Shown: positions 10,078 through 21,800, counted from the first letter of the stretch. The stretch: 64,000 bases of DNA from Pseudomonadota bacterium (GCA_041178425.1 JBEGVH010000040.1:1-64000); one strand, 5' to 3'. Notes: generated by a model from the sequence alone, not told the origin. Translations and numbers: made by a program.

Positions 10078-11124
10078 ATGAAAAAATATAAATCACCTTT
10101 ATTTAAATACCTTTTTTATTTAGCCCTTGTGGGAACGTCCATTAAAGCGCTTGCTGCTGATGTTGAGGTGGGCTCAGAAATTCTCGCACCCGAGAATGCA
10201 GCTCAGGTGGCTCAGGCTTGGGTTTACCCAGGCCTTGGCAATCAGGGAGAGCTTGTCTTGATAGACGTTCCGCAATGGAAAGGTGAGAGTCTATCTGGCG
10301 AGTCATTTGATCTTCGAGTTGAAGGTTTTGAAAAAGCGAGCGTTGAGTTTAAAATTGATCCCTCAAACGGTCGCTTTCAGGTCAATCCCAAAAAAGATCC
10401 AGCCCAAGCCTCCATTGTAGGGGCCTTTATTTTAGCCAATCAGGCCAATGTTTATTTCACTCAGCGGCTCGGTTTTGGAGAAATCGCTCATGCGAGAGCG
10501 GTGACTATCTCTGTCAACCAAAAGCTAGAGTCTGGAGCTGACATTGAAGAGTGTAGTCCTGAGGCTAATTATGGTGAAATGAGCTTTCCTGGTGAAAGCA
10601 AAAAGTGCCGTAATGCCATTGAGCCCAAGGCGTTTTTTCATGAATACACCCATCAGGTTGATAGCCTCATTGGCGGGGAGTCAGATAATGATCTTGCGGA
10701 GGGCTTAGCGGATATGGCCGCAGTTTATTTTACACAATCCCCAGTCATTGAAGTTCTTCCTCTGAAGGGGGCTCATAAATTCAAGCGAAGCTGCGATAAC
10801 TCAACAAAATTTAATTATAAACAAAAAACTTCGCCCGATCCAAAGGTTTACTATCGTCAGGGTTTGGCCTGGTGTGGATTTGCTTGGGATGCTCGACAAG
10901 CTTTGATTAAAAAATATGGCGAACAACAGGGGCTCTTGATTGCGGAGGAACTCTTTTTCTCGCCCTTGAGATACAATGCTAAAACTATTCCCGATGCGGT
11001 AGAGCGCGTTTTCTATCAACACACTCCTGATGGTGTGTTTTCTCATGGAAAAGATTTTCAGCTTCTCAAAGCTGCGGCTCAAAAACATGGGTTTAAAGTC
11101 GGTGAGACCGCCGAAAATATTTAA
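10078..11124 (+). CDS. Secreted zinc metallopeptidase (gluzincin, M4/M36-like)
   Basis: Signal peptide; HEYTH plus downstream LAEGLAD third ligand; LAWCGFAWD. Confidence 0.7.
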   Translation: MKKYKSPLFKYLFYLALVGTSIKALAADVEVGSEILAPENAAQVAQAWVYPGLGNQGELVLIDVPQWKGESLSGESFDLRVEGFEKASVEFKIDPSNGRFQVNPKKDPAQASIVGAFILANQANVYFTQRLGFGEIAHARAVTISVNQKLESGADIEECSPEANYGEMSFPGESKKCRNAIEPKAFFHEYTHQVDSLIGGESDNDLAEGLADMAAVYFTQSPVIEVLPLKGAHKFKRSCDNSTKFNYKQKTSPDPKVYYRQGLAWCGFAWDARQALIKKYGEQQGLLIAEELFFSPLRYNAKTIPDAVERVFYQHTPDGVFSHGKDFQLLKAAAQKHGFKVGETAENI

Positions 11125-11316
11125 TCACCTGTCCAACATCTAGTTGTTTTGGTCTAAGACCTCATTAAATCTATTAGGTTAATGAATTTATATCGCCAGG
11201 TATTTGCGATTATCGCTAACATCTTCAACAGAATCCTCTTGTTATTTTTGTTTCTCAATCAATAGAACGCATTTGGCCGGTTTTGATTTTGCTTCTCCAT
11301 GATGGGAGGGGGCTCC

Positions 11317-13281
11317 ATGAAGTCATGTTTCAAATCGAGAAATCCTTTGGTTCATGCCGTTGCTTTGTTTCCAGCGCTCCGCCTGACGCCCTTTTTTCTA
11401 TTAGTTGCCTGTGGTCAGCAAAACTTTGAGCTAGAGTCTTGGTCTTCGAAGGTAGATTTGAATTCGTCTTTTTCGAAGCGAGCGGATTATCTGCCGGAGA
11501 TTCCTACCGGCATTCAAAATAACCTCACTTGGGCATCTAAGGCAGAGATCGACGAGATGTTCTCAGGCGAGCAAATGGGTCAACTGGGAGTGAACTGGTA
11601 TAGAGAGGTCCTTCAGGATTCGGCTCATAGTGAGAATTTCGCCCATGTTGTTAAAGTCGCCCACTCAAAAGGGATGAAGGTTTCGGCCGTTATTATGTCG
11701 ATGGATGAAGATTATGATAATCTCGAGGATGCAAGAGAGTATCGTGGGTCTGAATGGAAAAAGGCCTGTGGATGGGATGGCCATGTGGGCCGTATTAGCA
11801 GAGTTAATTTAGAGAGGTTAAAAAGTCGGCTCGATCATCAGTTTTCTGTCATTGCAAACAATGGTGAATCGCTCGACGTTGTTGAGGTTGGAAATGAACT
11901 CGATCAAATTTGCTTTAATGCGGACGTGCCTTGGGGACGTACGGCCACCGCTAACGAGGTAAAATTAGCACAAAAAGCCTATGCAAAATTTCTTGAGGCT
12001 TCGGTTTTAAAAATACGGCAATACTTTCCAAACGCTGTGATTCTTCCTTTTGCTCCGGCCCACTTTTACCCCGATCTCCAAGGTTTTCATTTTGTGGATG
12101 ATTTTGGATTTATCGCTGGTTTAAAAAATATTGATGGGGTTAACTATCTTGCACTGACCAACGGCATAGCTCTCCACGCTTATCCTAAAAATAAAAATCT
12201 GGGAGGAACTTACGAGGCAACGAGTGCCACCGATCTTTCAATCATCAAGCATGCTGCCTCAGTGTTTGGGAAATCGACGCCGATTTATATTACCGAATGG
12301 GGATTTGATCAGGGTAATTCACAAACTCGCCATCGGCAAATGACCCAGTTTTTACAAACCGTCGACTCCTTCAAAGGAAAGGCAAATATTCAGGCCACAA
12401 TGTATTTTGCTTATAAGTGGGGAGTTCCTACGGATCTGATCGATACCAAAACGGGTAAACTCACACCTGAGGCTTTCACCTTGAATAGAAAAATGCCCGT
12501 CACGGAGGAGCCGAAACCGGCACCAACATCACCAACGCTGTCACCGGTGAATCCACTACCACCTGCTCCCCAGACTGGCTTTCCAGATCTCGTGGTGAGT
12601 GAAATTATTTTTAATCCTGCGGTGCCCATGGAGGGAGAGCCTTTTTCGGTTGGATTACGGATTAAAAATGTTGGTTTCGCTCCCGTGGGTGGGTCAGGAA
12701 TTTGGATTGGGGCTACCTTGGCAGTGAATGGTTTTTTAAAAAGTTGGGCGGGCAGTTTAATGTCAGCACCTCTTTTGCCTGGAGGGGAATTATTTATTTA
12801 TACTCCAGCTCAACAAGTTATGAATCTATCTACTGGGAGTTATCAGATCCAAGCCCATATCGATGACCAGCACGTTCTTGCTGAGGGAAATGAAAATAAT
12901 AACATCGTGAGTGTTCAGCTGGTGGTTTCGCCGCGATCGTTAGCGCCAGCGCCTGCACCTGCACCGCCATCTACTTCTGCTCCTGGGCCGGTAGTGGCAA
13001 CGATAACCAAAATCGATTTGCAAGTTTTTAGAAAAAGCAAAACAAGTTACTCTTTAGATTTAATTCTAAGAGATGGTCGCTGGATACAGGCATGTTGGCA
13101 CGATTGGAAGTTCCCAAAGAGCAATTTAATTGTTTCATTTAACGGTATCTGCGACAGTGGAGCGAGGTTTAAGCTGAACGATATTGTTGGTTTCAAGATG
13201 TACACATCAATCGATGGGTGGAAATCGGCAACATTCACCCAGCAAGCGGTGCGTTCTCAAAAAACGCTCTATACTTTTTAG
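11317..13281 (+). CDS. Lipoprotein with clan GH-A glycoside hydrolase domain, Pro-rich linkers and CARDB domain
   Basis: Lipobox LVAC; VEVGNE acid/base; ALHAY; IYITEWG nucleophile; PDLVV...EGNENNN CARDB signature. Confidence 0.7.
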   Translation: MKSCFKSRNPLVHAVALFPALRLTPFFLLVACGQQNFELESWSSKVDLNSSFSKRADYLPEIPTGIQNNLTWASKAEIDEMFSGEQMGQLGVNWYREVLQDSAHSENFAHVVKVAHSKGMKVSAVIMSMDEDYDNLEDAREYRGSEWKKACGWDGHVGRISRVNLERLKSRLDHQFSVIANNGESLDVVEVGNELDQICFNADVPWGRTATANEVKLAQKAYAKFLEASVLKIRQYFPNAVILPFAPAHFYPDLQGFHFVDDFGFIAGLKNIDGVNYLALTNGIALHAYPKNKNLGGTYEATSATDLSIIKHAASVFGKSTPIYITEWGFDQGNSQTRHRQMTQFLQTVDSFKGKANIQATMYFAYKWGVPTDLIDTKTGKLTPEAFTLNRKMPVTEEPKPAPTSPTLSPVNPLPPAPQTGFPDLVVSEIIFNPAVPMEGEPFSVGLRIKNVGFAPVGGSGIWIGATLAVNGFLKSWAGSLMSAPLLPGGELFIYTPAQQVMNLSTGSYQIQAHIDDQHVLAEGNENNNIVSVQLVVSPRSLAPAPAPAPPSTSAPGPVVATITKIDLQVFRKSKTSYSLDLILRDGRWIQACWHDWKFPKSNLIVSFNGICDSGARFKLNDIVGFKMYTSIDGWKSATFTQQAVRSQKTLYTF

Positions 13282-13443
13282 AGCCCTTGTAGGCTGTTGA
13301 TCACATGCGAAGTGAGAGCCCAGGCGAAGGCCCTCAATTCGCACGTTCCCCGTTTTTAATACTAAATAAAAATTCCAGATCAGTTGTAACTTGCCATAGC
13401 CTTTCTCTTTCATGCAAAATTGAATTTCAGGGAGGAGGAAGTC

Positions 13444-14397
13444 ATGGCTCGAATAAAACATTTGAAGGTGGCCAATGCTTGGCAAAGTCTTACGCCGGGA
13501 TCTCTCGTTGATGTTGTGGCTCCAGCATCGAAGTGTCCTAAACACGAACTAGAGGCTGGGATAAAGGCTCTCGAGTCGTGGGGGTTTCGGGTTAGGGTGT
13601 CTCCGAATCTTTTTGCGAATAATCTTTTACATTCTAATTCAGAAAAAGAGCGCTGGTCTCAACTCAAGGCGGCTCTCTTGGCTAAAGATTCAAGTGCCAT
13701 ATGGTGCGCTCGCGGTGGTTACGGTTCGATGAAACTTTTGCCGATGCTAGCAAAGATGAGAAAACCTGCCCGATCTAAAGTTTTGTTAGGTTTGAGTGAT
13801 ATCACCTCTTTGATGGTTTTTCTTAATCAAAAATGGAAGTGGCCTACGCTTCATGCGCCGATTCTCTCGCGCATTGGTCGGGGTGATTTGCCGACCACAA
13901 CGATCGAAGAATTAAAAAGCGTCTTGCTAGGGCAAACTGAAAAACTCGATTACTCTTTGACTGCATTGAATGTCGCGGCGGAAAAAACAAAAACTCTTTC
14001 AGGGTCCTTTGTTGGTGGGAACTGGGCTGTGATCATGGCCAATTTAGGAACCCCCTATCAACTCAAACCCAAGGGATGCATTCTTTTTCTTGAGGATGTA
14101 GGGGAGCGAGGTTATCGGCTTGATCGATTTTGGGAGCAGCTCCAACAAATGAACTTTTGGAAAGATATTTCGGCCGTTGTCTTCGGAGATTTTACCGAAG
14201 GGGATGAACCCGATGGTAAAAATTTAATCTGGGATATCTTAAAGATGAGAGCCCAAGAGCTAAAGAAACCCGTGTATTTTGGAGTTCCAGCGGGGCATGG
14301 ACAAATTCAACGAGTGTTGCCTCTGGGAGTGCCGGTCGAGATTCGAAAAAACGCAGAGGGCATTGTTGCCACCTTAGCGACAGGGAGCTTGGCATGA
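13444..14397 (+). CDS. ldcA: LD-carboxypeptidase (peptidase S66)
   Basis: VAPAS, ARGGYGS, GLSDIT, GGNW, FLEDVGE, PAGHG. Confidence 0.9.
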   Translation: MARIKHLKVANAWQSLTPGSLVDVVAPASKCPKHELEAGIKALESWGFRVRVSPNLFANNLLHSNSEKERWSQLKAALLAKDSSAIWCARGGYGSMKLLPMLAKMRKPARSKVLLGLSDITSLMVFLNQKWKWPTLHAPILSRIGRGDLPTTTIEELKSVLLGQTEKLDYSLTALNVAAEKTKTLSGSFVGGNWAVIMANLGTPYQLKPKGCILFLEDVGERGYRLDRFWEQLQQMNFWKDISAVVFGDFTEGDEPDGKNLIWDILKMRAQELKKPVYFGVPAGHGQIQRVLPLGVPVEIRKNAEGIVATLATGSLA

Positions 14398-15464
14398 GCA
14401 CCGAAGTCGATCAAAAATGGAAAAGTCATTTTGATCAGTGGATGGAGCCCTTTTGGCAAACAGCGACACCCGGGCTTTGCTTTGAAGTGTATCAAGGGGG
14501 GCAACTGTACGCCTCCTACCAGGGTGGGCAAGTTTACCCTTATTATGATTTGGCAAGTCTCACCAAAGTTCTATTTACAGTGCCTGCAATGATGCTCGCT
14601 CACCAGCGAGGCTTGTGGAGTTTGGATGACAAAGTTGGGGATCATTTGGTGTGGTGGCCTCACTCTCAAACAAAAATTGTCGACGTTCTCACGCATACTG
14701 CCGGGCTTCTGTGGTGGAAGGCGTTTTACGAAGATTTAATTAAAGAGCCCGAGGGCGAGGCTCGTTGGGATAAGTTACGACTCGACATCAAAGATTGTCC
14801 ACTGGGTGATACGAGCAAGGCTGTTTACTCCGATGTTGGCTTTTTGACTTTGGCGTTTTTGATGCAAGCCATTTGGAAAAAATCCCTTCCAGAGATTTGG
14901 GCCGCTGTTAAACAAGAGTTTTCGTCCCAAACAAATCTCCACTGGATCAAACCAGGATCTCCGCCCTTTCCTCTCCATGATTATGCTCCAACGGAACTTT
15001 GTCCATGGCGAGGCCGTCGTATCCAGGCAGAAGTTCACGACGAAAACGCTTGGGCCCTCGGTGGAATGTCGAGTCATGCGGGGCTTTTTGGAAATTGTTC
15101 GGATGTGGCCGCCGTGTTTTTGTCTTTTCGTCGAGCTTACTATGATTTGACTCATCCATTGCATAAAACGGTTCGCTTTTTTACTCAGAGACAGATTCCC
15201 TACGAAAAAGGGGATTGGGCCATGGGTCTGGTTATTCCGACATCTGGATCTTCGACAAGTGGGCAGTATTTTTCCTCGACCTCGATGGGGCACACTGGAT
15301 TTACGGGAACTTCTGCGTGGTGGGATCCCGAAAAAGACGTGCTCGTGGTGATACTTTCAAATCGTGTGTACTTTGGTAGAGAAAAACGAGAGTTTGCCAA
15401 GTTACGCCCCTTGCTGCATGATGAGATAATCTCTCTTTTACGAAGAGAGGAAAGGATACAATAA
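14394..15464 (+). CDS. Serine hydrolase, beta-lactamase/AmpC-like family
   Basis: DLASLTK (SxxK), YSDVGF, VHDENA, HAGLFG, GHTGFTG. Confidence 0.9.
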   Translation: MSTEVDQKWKSHFDQWMEPFWQTATPGLCFEVYQGGQLYASYQGGQVYPYYDLASLTKVLFTVPAMMLAHQRGLWSLDDKVGDHLVWWPHSQTKIVDVLTHTAGLLWWKAFYEDLIKEPEGEARWDKLRLDIKDCPLGDTSKAVYSDVGFLTLAFLMQAIWKKSLPEIWAAVKQEFSSQTNLHWIKPGSPPFPLHDYAPTELCPWRGRRIQAEVHDENAWALGGMSSHAGLFGNCSDVAAVFLSFRRAYYDLTHPLHKTVRFFTQRQIPYEKGDWAMGLVIPTSGSSTSGQYFSSTSMGHTGFTGTSAWWDPEKDVLVVILSNRVYFGREKREFAKLRPLLHDEIISLLRREERIQ

Positions 15465-16918
15465 TGCCATCAACTTTGAGTCAACTTCGTCCGGGGCAAT
15501 CCATTCACTTAATGGGTATTTGTGGTACAGCGATGGCTTCGCTCGCAGGCCTACTCAAAGATCGTGGCTTGAACGTGACCGGAAGTGACCAAAATCCTTA
15601 TCCTCCCATGTCGACTCAACTCGAGAAAATTGGAATAGATATAATGAAGGGCTATCGCCCAGAAAACTTGGCTCACAAACCAGACCTCGTCATAGTTGGT
15701 AATGTGATTTCTAAGAATAACCCTGAGGCCGAAGAACTCATTCGTTTGAACATTCCTTTTACTTCGTTGCCAAAGGCTTTAGGTGAATGGGTTATTGCCG
15801 ATCGTGAAAGCCTTGTTGTGAGTGGTACTCATGGAAAGACCACGACCACAAGCCTTCTTTCGTGGGTGGCCGAAAAAGTGGGGGTGCAGCCTGGCTTTCT
15901 CATTGGCGGAATCCCTCGAAATTTTTCACTTAGTTTTAAAAATCCACGCGGAAATTACTTTATCATTGAGGGCGATGAGTACGACACTGCTTATTTTGAT
16001 AAAGTTCCTAAGTTTACCCATTACAAACCAAAACACGTAATTTTAACGAGTATTGAATTTGATCATGCTGATATCTATGCTGATCTTGATGCGGTTAAAG
16101 CTGCCTTTCGACGTCTAATGGAACTGATTCCCGAAGATGGAACGCTTCTTTATTTTGGCAAAGATGAAAATATTCGAGACCTCCTGAAGTATGCCAAAGT
16201 GAAAAAGAAATATAGTTATGGAACGTCAAAGACCGATTATGAAGCTAAGATTATAGAACGCTCAACTGACGGCACAAGATTTCAGGTAATGCATGGATCG
16301 AGCTTATTGGGTGAGTTTTACGTCGCCATGAGTGGGGATTATAATATCATGAATGCCACATCGGTCATTGGTCTTGCCAATGAGTTGGGTTGGTCGATGA
16401 CTGCCGTCAGCGAGGCCTTGGCGAGTTTTCAGGGCGTTCGGCGTCGTCAAGAGGTGATTGGCGAACCACGCGGTATTACCATCATCGAAGATTTTGCTCA
16501 TCATCCAACAGCAGTGCGCGAAACCGTCAAAGCGATCCAAGAGCGCTACGTTGGTCGCAAAGTCTTCTCAGTGTTTGAACCTCGGTCAGCAACCTCACGT
16601 CGTAAAATATTCCAGAAAGACTACGTTGAGGCCTTTAAGGAAAGTCATGAGGTCTTGATTGCTGAGGCTTTTGATCAAGCAAAAATCAATGCGACTGATC
16701 GCTTTTCCTCACATGAGTTGGTGGAGGATTTGGTCGCTGATAAATGCAGAGCTCATTGTTTTAATGGGGCTGATTCAATTGTTGATTATATTGGTCAGCA
16801 TGCGAAAACAGGGGATGTAGTTTTAATAATGAGCAATGGTGGCTTCGATGGAATCTATCAAAAACTCATTGCTCGTTTATCTGAAAAAAAAACTCTTGAG
16901 CCTGAACTTCAGCGATAA
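15464..16918 (+). CDS. mpl: Murein peptide ligase Mpl
   Basis: GICGTAM, YPPMSTQL, GTHGKTTT, EGDEYDTAYFDK, EFDHADIY, DFAHHPT, MSNGGF. Confidence 0.93.
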   Translation: MPSTLSQLRPGQSIHLMGICGTAMASLAGLLKDRGLNVTGSDQNPYPPMSTQLEKIGIDIMKGYRPENLAHKPDLVIVGNVISKNNPEAEELIRLNIPFTSLPKALGEWVIADRESLVVSGTHGKTTTTSLLSWVAEKVGVQPGFLIGGIPRNFSLSFKNPRGNYFIIEGDEYDTAYFDKVPKFTHYKPKHVILTSIEFDHADIYADLDAVKAAFRRLMELIPEDGTLLYFGKDENIRDLLKYAKVKKKYSYGTSKTDYEAKIIERSTDGTRFQVMHGSSLLGEFYVAMSGDYNIMNATSVIGLANELGWSMTAVSEALASFQGVRRRQEVIGEPRGITIIEDFAHHPTAVRETVKAIQERYVGRKVFSVFEPRSATSRRKIFQKDYVEAFKESHEVLIAEAFDQAKINATDRFSSHELVEDLVADKCRAHCFNGADSIVDYIGQHAKTGDVVLIMSNGGFDGIYQKLIARLSEKKTLEPELQR

Positions 16919-17586
16919 ACTTCGCTGAAATATGTTCGGCAGTGTTCTTCGAGGGCTGGGAACTTATAAATTCCAGCTGATTCATTCGAAGAACTATAGT
17001 TGCATCGACAAGAAGATTCTAAAGTAATCGTATCGATTTGTTGAATGACCGCGGTGGCAGACGCGATTTGTACATTCAAAGTGGCTGATTCCGTACCGAT
17101 TCGGTAGAGACTAGGGTTATTGATTTGGTCTTTTTCCAGGCCACTGAGTGAAAAAGACTCAGCTCTACAATTATTTTGAGCGCGAGATTTAAGAAGATCA
17201 GCAGCCCGAAAAGCTTGCGCACAAGTTCTATCGTAAGTTCTAGTTACACTGGCCAGCTTGTTCGTCCAGCAGAGATCGGGAAGTGTTTCACACACATTCA
17301 GACCGCTCGAAGAGCTTATAGGGCCCGTGAGTTCAACAATTTCGCAGGTGCTTTCATCAGCCTGAGGATTCACAAGAATTTCAGACTGCTCTGTTTGGTC
17401 TTGATTAGTGACCTTTGAATAACTGGGGTACGAGACAATGAGCTCGCCAGAATTTGCGCTCGTTGGAATTTGACTGGAGAACTCTCCGCTCTGTGTGCCG
17501 TTTAAACCTAGTTTATAGCAACTCACCAAAAGTGCTGCGGCCCCTAACACTAAACCGAATTTACTGTATTTGAAGTTTTGTGTCAT
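16909..17586 (-). CDS. Cys-rich hypothetical lipoprotein
   Basis: Lipobox LVSC after a hydrophobic stretch; GGAGG RBS; multiple Cys. Confidence 0.65.
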   Translation of the reverse strand: MTQNFKYSKFGLVLGAAALLVSCYKLGLNGTQSGEFSSQIPTSANSGELIVSYPSYSKVTNQDQTEQSEILVNPQADESTCEIVELTGPISSSSGLNVCETLPDLCWTNKLASVTRTYDRTCAQAFRAADLLKSRAQNNCRAESFSLSGLEKDQINNPSLYRIGTESATLNVQIASATAVIQQIDTITLESSCRCNYSSSNESAGIYKFPALEEHCRTYFSEVYR

Positions 17587-17761
17587 AATTCCTCCCACCG
17601 TTTAATTCTAATTAAGAGCAAGGCTCATGCCTTCCCGGGATGGTATTTATGCGTTTTCAGGTGAATACGTATTTTCTGTCGGTGCCCATTAGGGGCTCTT
17701 AAAGATGGCAAATCACCTTGATGTCTCAGAGTGAGACAAGTATCGTGAAAGATGAAACAGG

Positions 17762-18775
17762 ATGGGTTGGGAGTTTCCAATGTCAGAGGCATGGTCAAAG
17801 GTAGGTGATACTTCACTTGTTTATATCAAATCTTTGAGTGATATGACCGGATGTCATATTTGGGGAAAAGCGGAATATGAAAATCCAGGTGGTAGCATTA
17901 AAGATCGAGCGGCCAAGCAAATCATTCTTGAGGCTGAGGGGTCCGGCCAGCTGCGACCTGGTGAAACCATTGTTGAGGGCACCGCCGGAAACACAGGGAT
18001 TGGAATAGCAACGCTTGCGATTCCTCGAGGTTATCGAGTCGTGATCACCATGCCAAATAACCAAGCTCAAGAAAAGGTTCAGCGCCTACAAGAGTTGGGT
18101 GCAACCGTCATCCAGGTTCCACCTTGTCCTTTTGCCGATCAGGCGCATTTTTATCATCAAGCTAGAATTTATTCAGAAAAAAATTCCGGAGTCTATTGGG
18201 CGAATCAGTTTGAGAACCTTGCAAACTTTCGAGCGCACTTTCAAAACACGGGGCCAGAAATTTGGAACCAAACTCAAGGAATGGTCGATGTTTTTGTTGC
18301 GAGTGTTGGCACCGGCGGCACCATCGGAGGAAACACCTGCTTTTTGAAAGATAAAAAACCATCCATCGAGACCGTGGTGGCTGATCCCTTCGGTTCTGGA
18401 ATTTATGAGTATATTCATTCGGGTCAATTCAAGTCGGAGGGAAGCTCTATCACCGAGGGCATTGGGATCATGAGGTTAACGGCTAATTTTAAGCAAGCAA
18501 GGGTTGATCGCGCTCTTCGCGTGAATGACCAAGAGATGATAAGCATGCTTTATCATCTACAAAGCCATGATCAATTGGTGGTTGGAACCTCTGCCGCCCT
18601 CAATTTGGTGGCAGCAGCGAAGGTGGCCCTGCAATACAAAAATAGCAAGAAAACAATAGTTACGATGCTTTGTGATCATGGTGATAGGTATCGCTCTAAA
18701 GTTTTTTCAGAAGAATGGTTGGCCAGTAAAAATTTGGTTCCGCAATCAATTCTGGCAACTCTCGGGTTGGCATAA
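17762..18775 (+). CDS. cysK: Cysteine synthase (O-acetylserine sulfhydrylase)
   Basis: KAEYENPGGSIKDR, EGTAGNTG, QFENLAN, VGTGGT, ITEGIG. Confidence 0.85.
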   Translation: MGWEFPMSEAWSKVGDTSLVYIKSLSDMTGCHIWGKAEYENPGGSIKDRAAKQIILEAEGSGQLRPGETIVEGTAGNTGIGIATLAIPRGYRVVITMPNNQAQEKVQRLQELGATVIQVPPCPFADQAHFYHQARIYSEKNSGVYWANQFENLANFRAHFQNTGPEIWNQTQGMVDVFVASVGTGGTIGGNTCFLKDKKPSIETVVADPFGSGIYEYIHSGQFKSEGSSITEGIGIMRLTANFKQARVDRALRVNDQEMISMLYHLQSHDQLVVGTSAALNLVAAAKVALQYKNSKKTIVTMLCDHGDRYRSKVFSEEWLASKNLVPQSILATLGLA

Positions 18776-18826
18776 GATTCGCTATATCTAGTTCTTAACG
18801 GTTATGTCAACCGTTAGGAGGATCTG

Positions 18827-21800
18827 TTGGTGTTCAAGCTTTTTACACCCAGTCGCCAATCTTGCGTCTCCCATGAAAAAGGGGAGTTGGCTTTTTTTAC
18901 GAGATTAGTCTCAGTGGCCCTCTTTGCGTTTTTACCTTCGCAGGCTTTTACGTCTGGAAAAACCTCACCCACTCTAGAGTCGAAGCGGCTAACAAACAAT
19001 TGCGGAGGCGCCTCCTGTTCTAAAGAAAATCCAGCCAAGGGCAATGTTACCATTGTTCTCTCTGATCTTGTTGAGCGCGCATTAATCGTGACCATCAGAC
19101 AAGATATTGCGACGGTTTACGACCAATCTTTGCTTAAAGAAATCAAAGAGCTCGAAGCGGCAACAAGTGGTATTGATCGGTCCAATGAACGCAATGATAT
19201 CTTTTTAGATTTTATTGTAAATCAATTAACGGGTGATTTTTTTGAGCGCCAACATCTAAATATTATCTCTAAGACCAAGAAGCTCAGTCGAGAGTCTTTA
19301 ATGGAGTGGAGTCGTCAGGTTCACCAACAAGTTCCCGCTAAATATCCAGCACCACAATCGTTCTTCGAACAATACCAACAGGGATTAGACTCTCTGCTGG
19401 CAGATAATAAAGAGGGCTTATTTCAACGATCGAGTCTTGTCGGCTTGATGAAGAGTCAAATCAAGCAGAGAGTTTTACTTCGGAGTCCAAAAATTCGTGA
19501 AATGCTCGCGAGGGGAGATGTCTCTGCTCAAACGACCTCTGAGTCGTCATCGCGTCGGATCGAGGGAACCAGAACCGAGCTGCTCATTGATGGTTTAGGG
19601 GCTAAGGTAACTCCGGTCGGATTAATTATTCCAGATTCAAAGTTCGAGAGCTTGATTCAAGAGTCTCCCGGCCATCTAAGAATGATGAAGACCGTCGAGT
19701 TTGCAAAAGATTTTGGAGCACAAACGGTGCTCTTTAATATTCCGCTGTACTGGGTGACTCTCGCCCATGTTGGTCTCGATTACTCCAGAAATCCACAAGC
19801 CATTAGCGACTTTTTTAAATCCTTAAAAGATCCGGCGTCTCACGTTGGTTTTGCAGCTTTTATCGCAGCCAACCATAAGTTTAGTAAAATATGGCTTCAC
19901 ATGACGGATCCTCGTTTTCACTTTTTAGGCCCATACTTAGGAATGGCCATGGGGATGACGGCCTCGAGTATGATTTCAAGTTTCTGGCATGATCCTACGA
20001 TCCAATCCTGTGCTCGATCGCATTTGTCCGATCGTGAGGCTTGCCAAAAAGCCTATAACGGATGGGTTTTGAGCGGAAAGATCAACGAACTCGCTCCTAG
20101 TATTGCAGGGTTACTGGGGACAGCGGTGCTTTCAGGAATTGTGAGTAAAGGGCTCGTGGAGAGTGGAAAAATCACCAGTCAGGGTATTCAAAAGGTAGGG
20201 GCTGCATCAGCGGAGAAACTTGCTGTTCGCTTACAAGGCTTGCATATACTTCCGAAAAAAATCTATCAGGGCGCTCGCCTCGAGGAGTATTTGCTTAACC
20301 TGAGAAAAGTTAAAGGGCTTGTAAATACGAACATCGTGACGATTGGTAGTAATTTAGTTTTTCTTGCAGTGGATCCCTTTGTTTCAATTCCTATTGAGCG
20401 CCAATGGCAAGAGTGGCAACTCACCAGTTTTAACTTGTCTCAGTTTCTCGAGCTCAACACTCCGCTGGGAAATCTCGAAAATATGGCGCGATTCATGATG
20501 TTTGAAAATGTTAAATTGCCCCATGAGATTACTGAAAAAACACTGCCGCAGGTTCATTCAGCTCTTAATATAGCTGTTGATTCTTTTATCAAAGAAAATT
20601 TCAATCTCCTTGATCCAAAGGCGTGTTTGGCCCAGGGGACAACGAAAGAAAAGGCTGATTCTCTAAAAAAGGTAAGTCAGCCAAGACATTGGACGGGCGG
20701 TAAAAATGCAGAGTTCGAAAATCTCCGCGGGTGTCTTGAAAAGTCTGACCTTCCTTTTTGGTTAGGAAAATATTCAGAGGTGCAAAAGGATTGGCGAACG
20801 CACCTTGTTTCGGAATCAGTGAATGCGTCATTGCAGTGGTCTTCTACCATTGCTGATTTTCTGACGATGTTTAATGGCACTCGCCAATTTTATGATTTTG
20901 TCATTCGCAATATTTGGGAGCATCGCCGACGGGTGATTGAGATCAATAAAGGGCCCGGTGGTGCAGAAGAAAAGAAGGTAAAGATCGCAAAAGATCGTGA
21001 AGAGCTAATTTTGCGTGTTTTTCGTCGTACGGAGCTTCTTAAGGTGGCCTATGAGGCGACGAAAGTTCCTGCCGTCAGAGCTTCAACAGAGATGGTTTCT
21101 GCGAATGGAGTCAATGAAAAACGAGTTGTGGTTCCGGCAAGAAGTGAAGAAGAAAAGGAACGTTATGCCGATTTGTACCCACGAGCAATGGGTGGTTTTA
21201 ACATCACTGAACTGAGCGACTTTCTGCTGGCTTCAATGGTCTGTGGACCGCGTGCAGAAGAGCGGCCTTCGGCTTTTCAAAAGTTCACTTCTTTGCGATG
21301 GTTACCATGGGAGTCGATTGCTTCAGTAATGCCTTCTGTTTTTACAACGACCAAAATTGCTGAGCCTTTTTCGCCTGTTTTGCAAACGGCGCCGGGAATG
21401 ACTTTTGAGATGGTGCCGCCAAGAATCACAGAGAAGAACGAAGTGTGTGATCCTGCTCAATGGCTTGAGCGCGAGGATTCGGTGGTGAATCGAATCAGTG
21501 AGATACCTTCAGTTAACAAATCTCCTGTGACTTCTGCCTTTAAGGAGAAAGCACCAAAGCTTATGGCGAATGCATCTCAAATGATGGATGGCGTGGCGAG
21601 TGCGGTGTCGCAATTGAGTGAAAAGGTCGTTGGCGCCTTCACTGATGAAGTTCGACAAAATAAATATGGGTTATCGGTTGGAAGAGCTTTTGAAAATGCG
21701 GGGCGCGAAGGTGAATTGTGGAGAGATGAATCTGCTCTCTTGTATTGGCAAAAGATCAAGGTTGGGTCGCGAGTCTATAGGGGAGTGATCGACTACCTCA

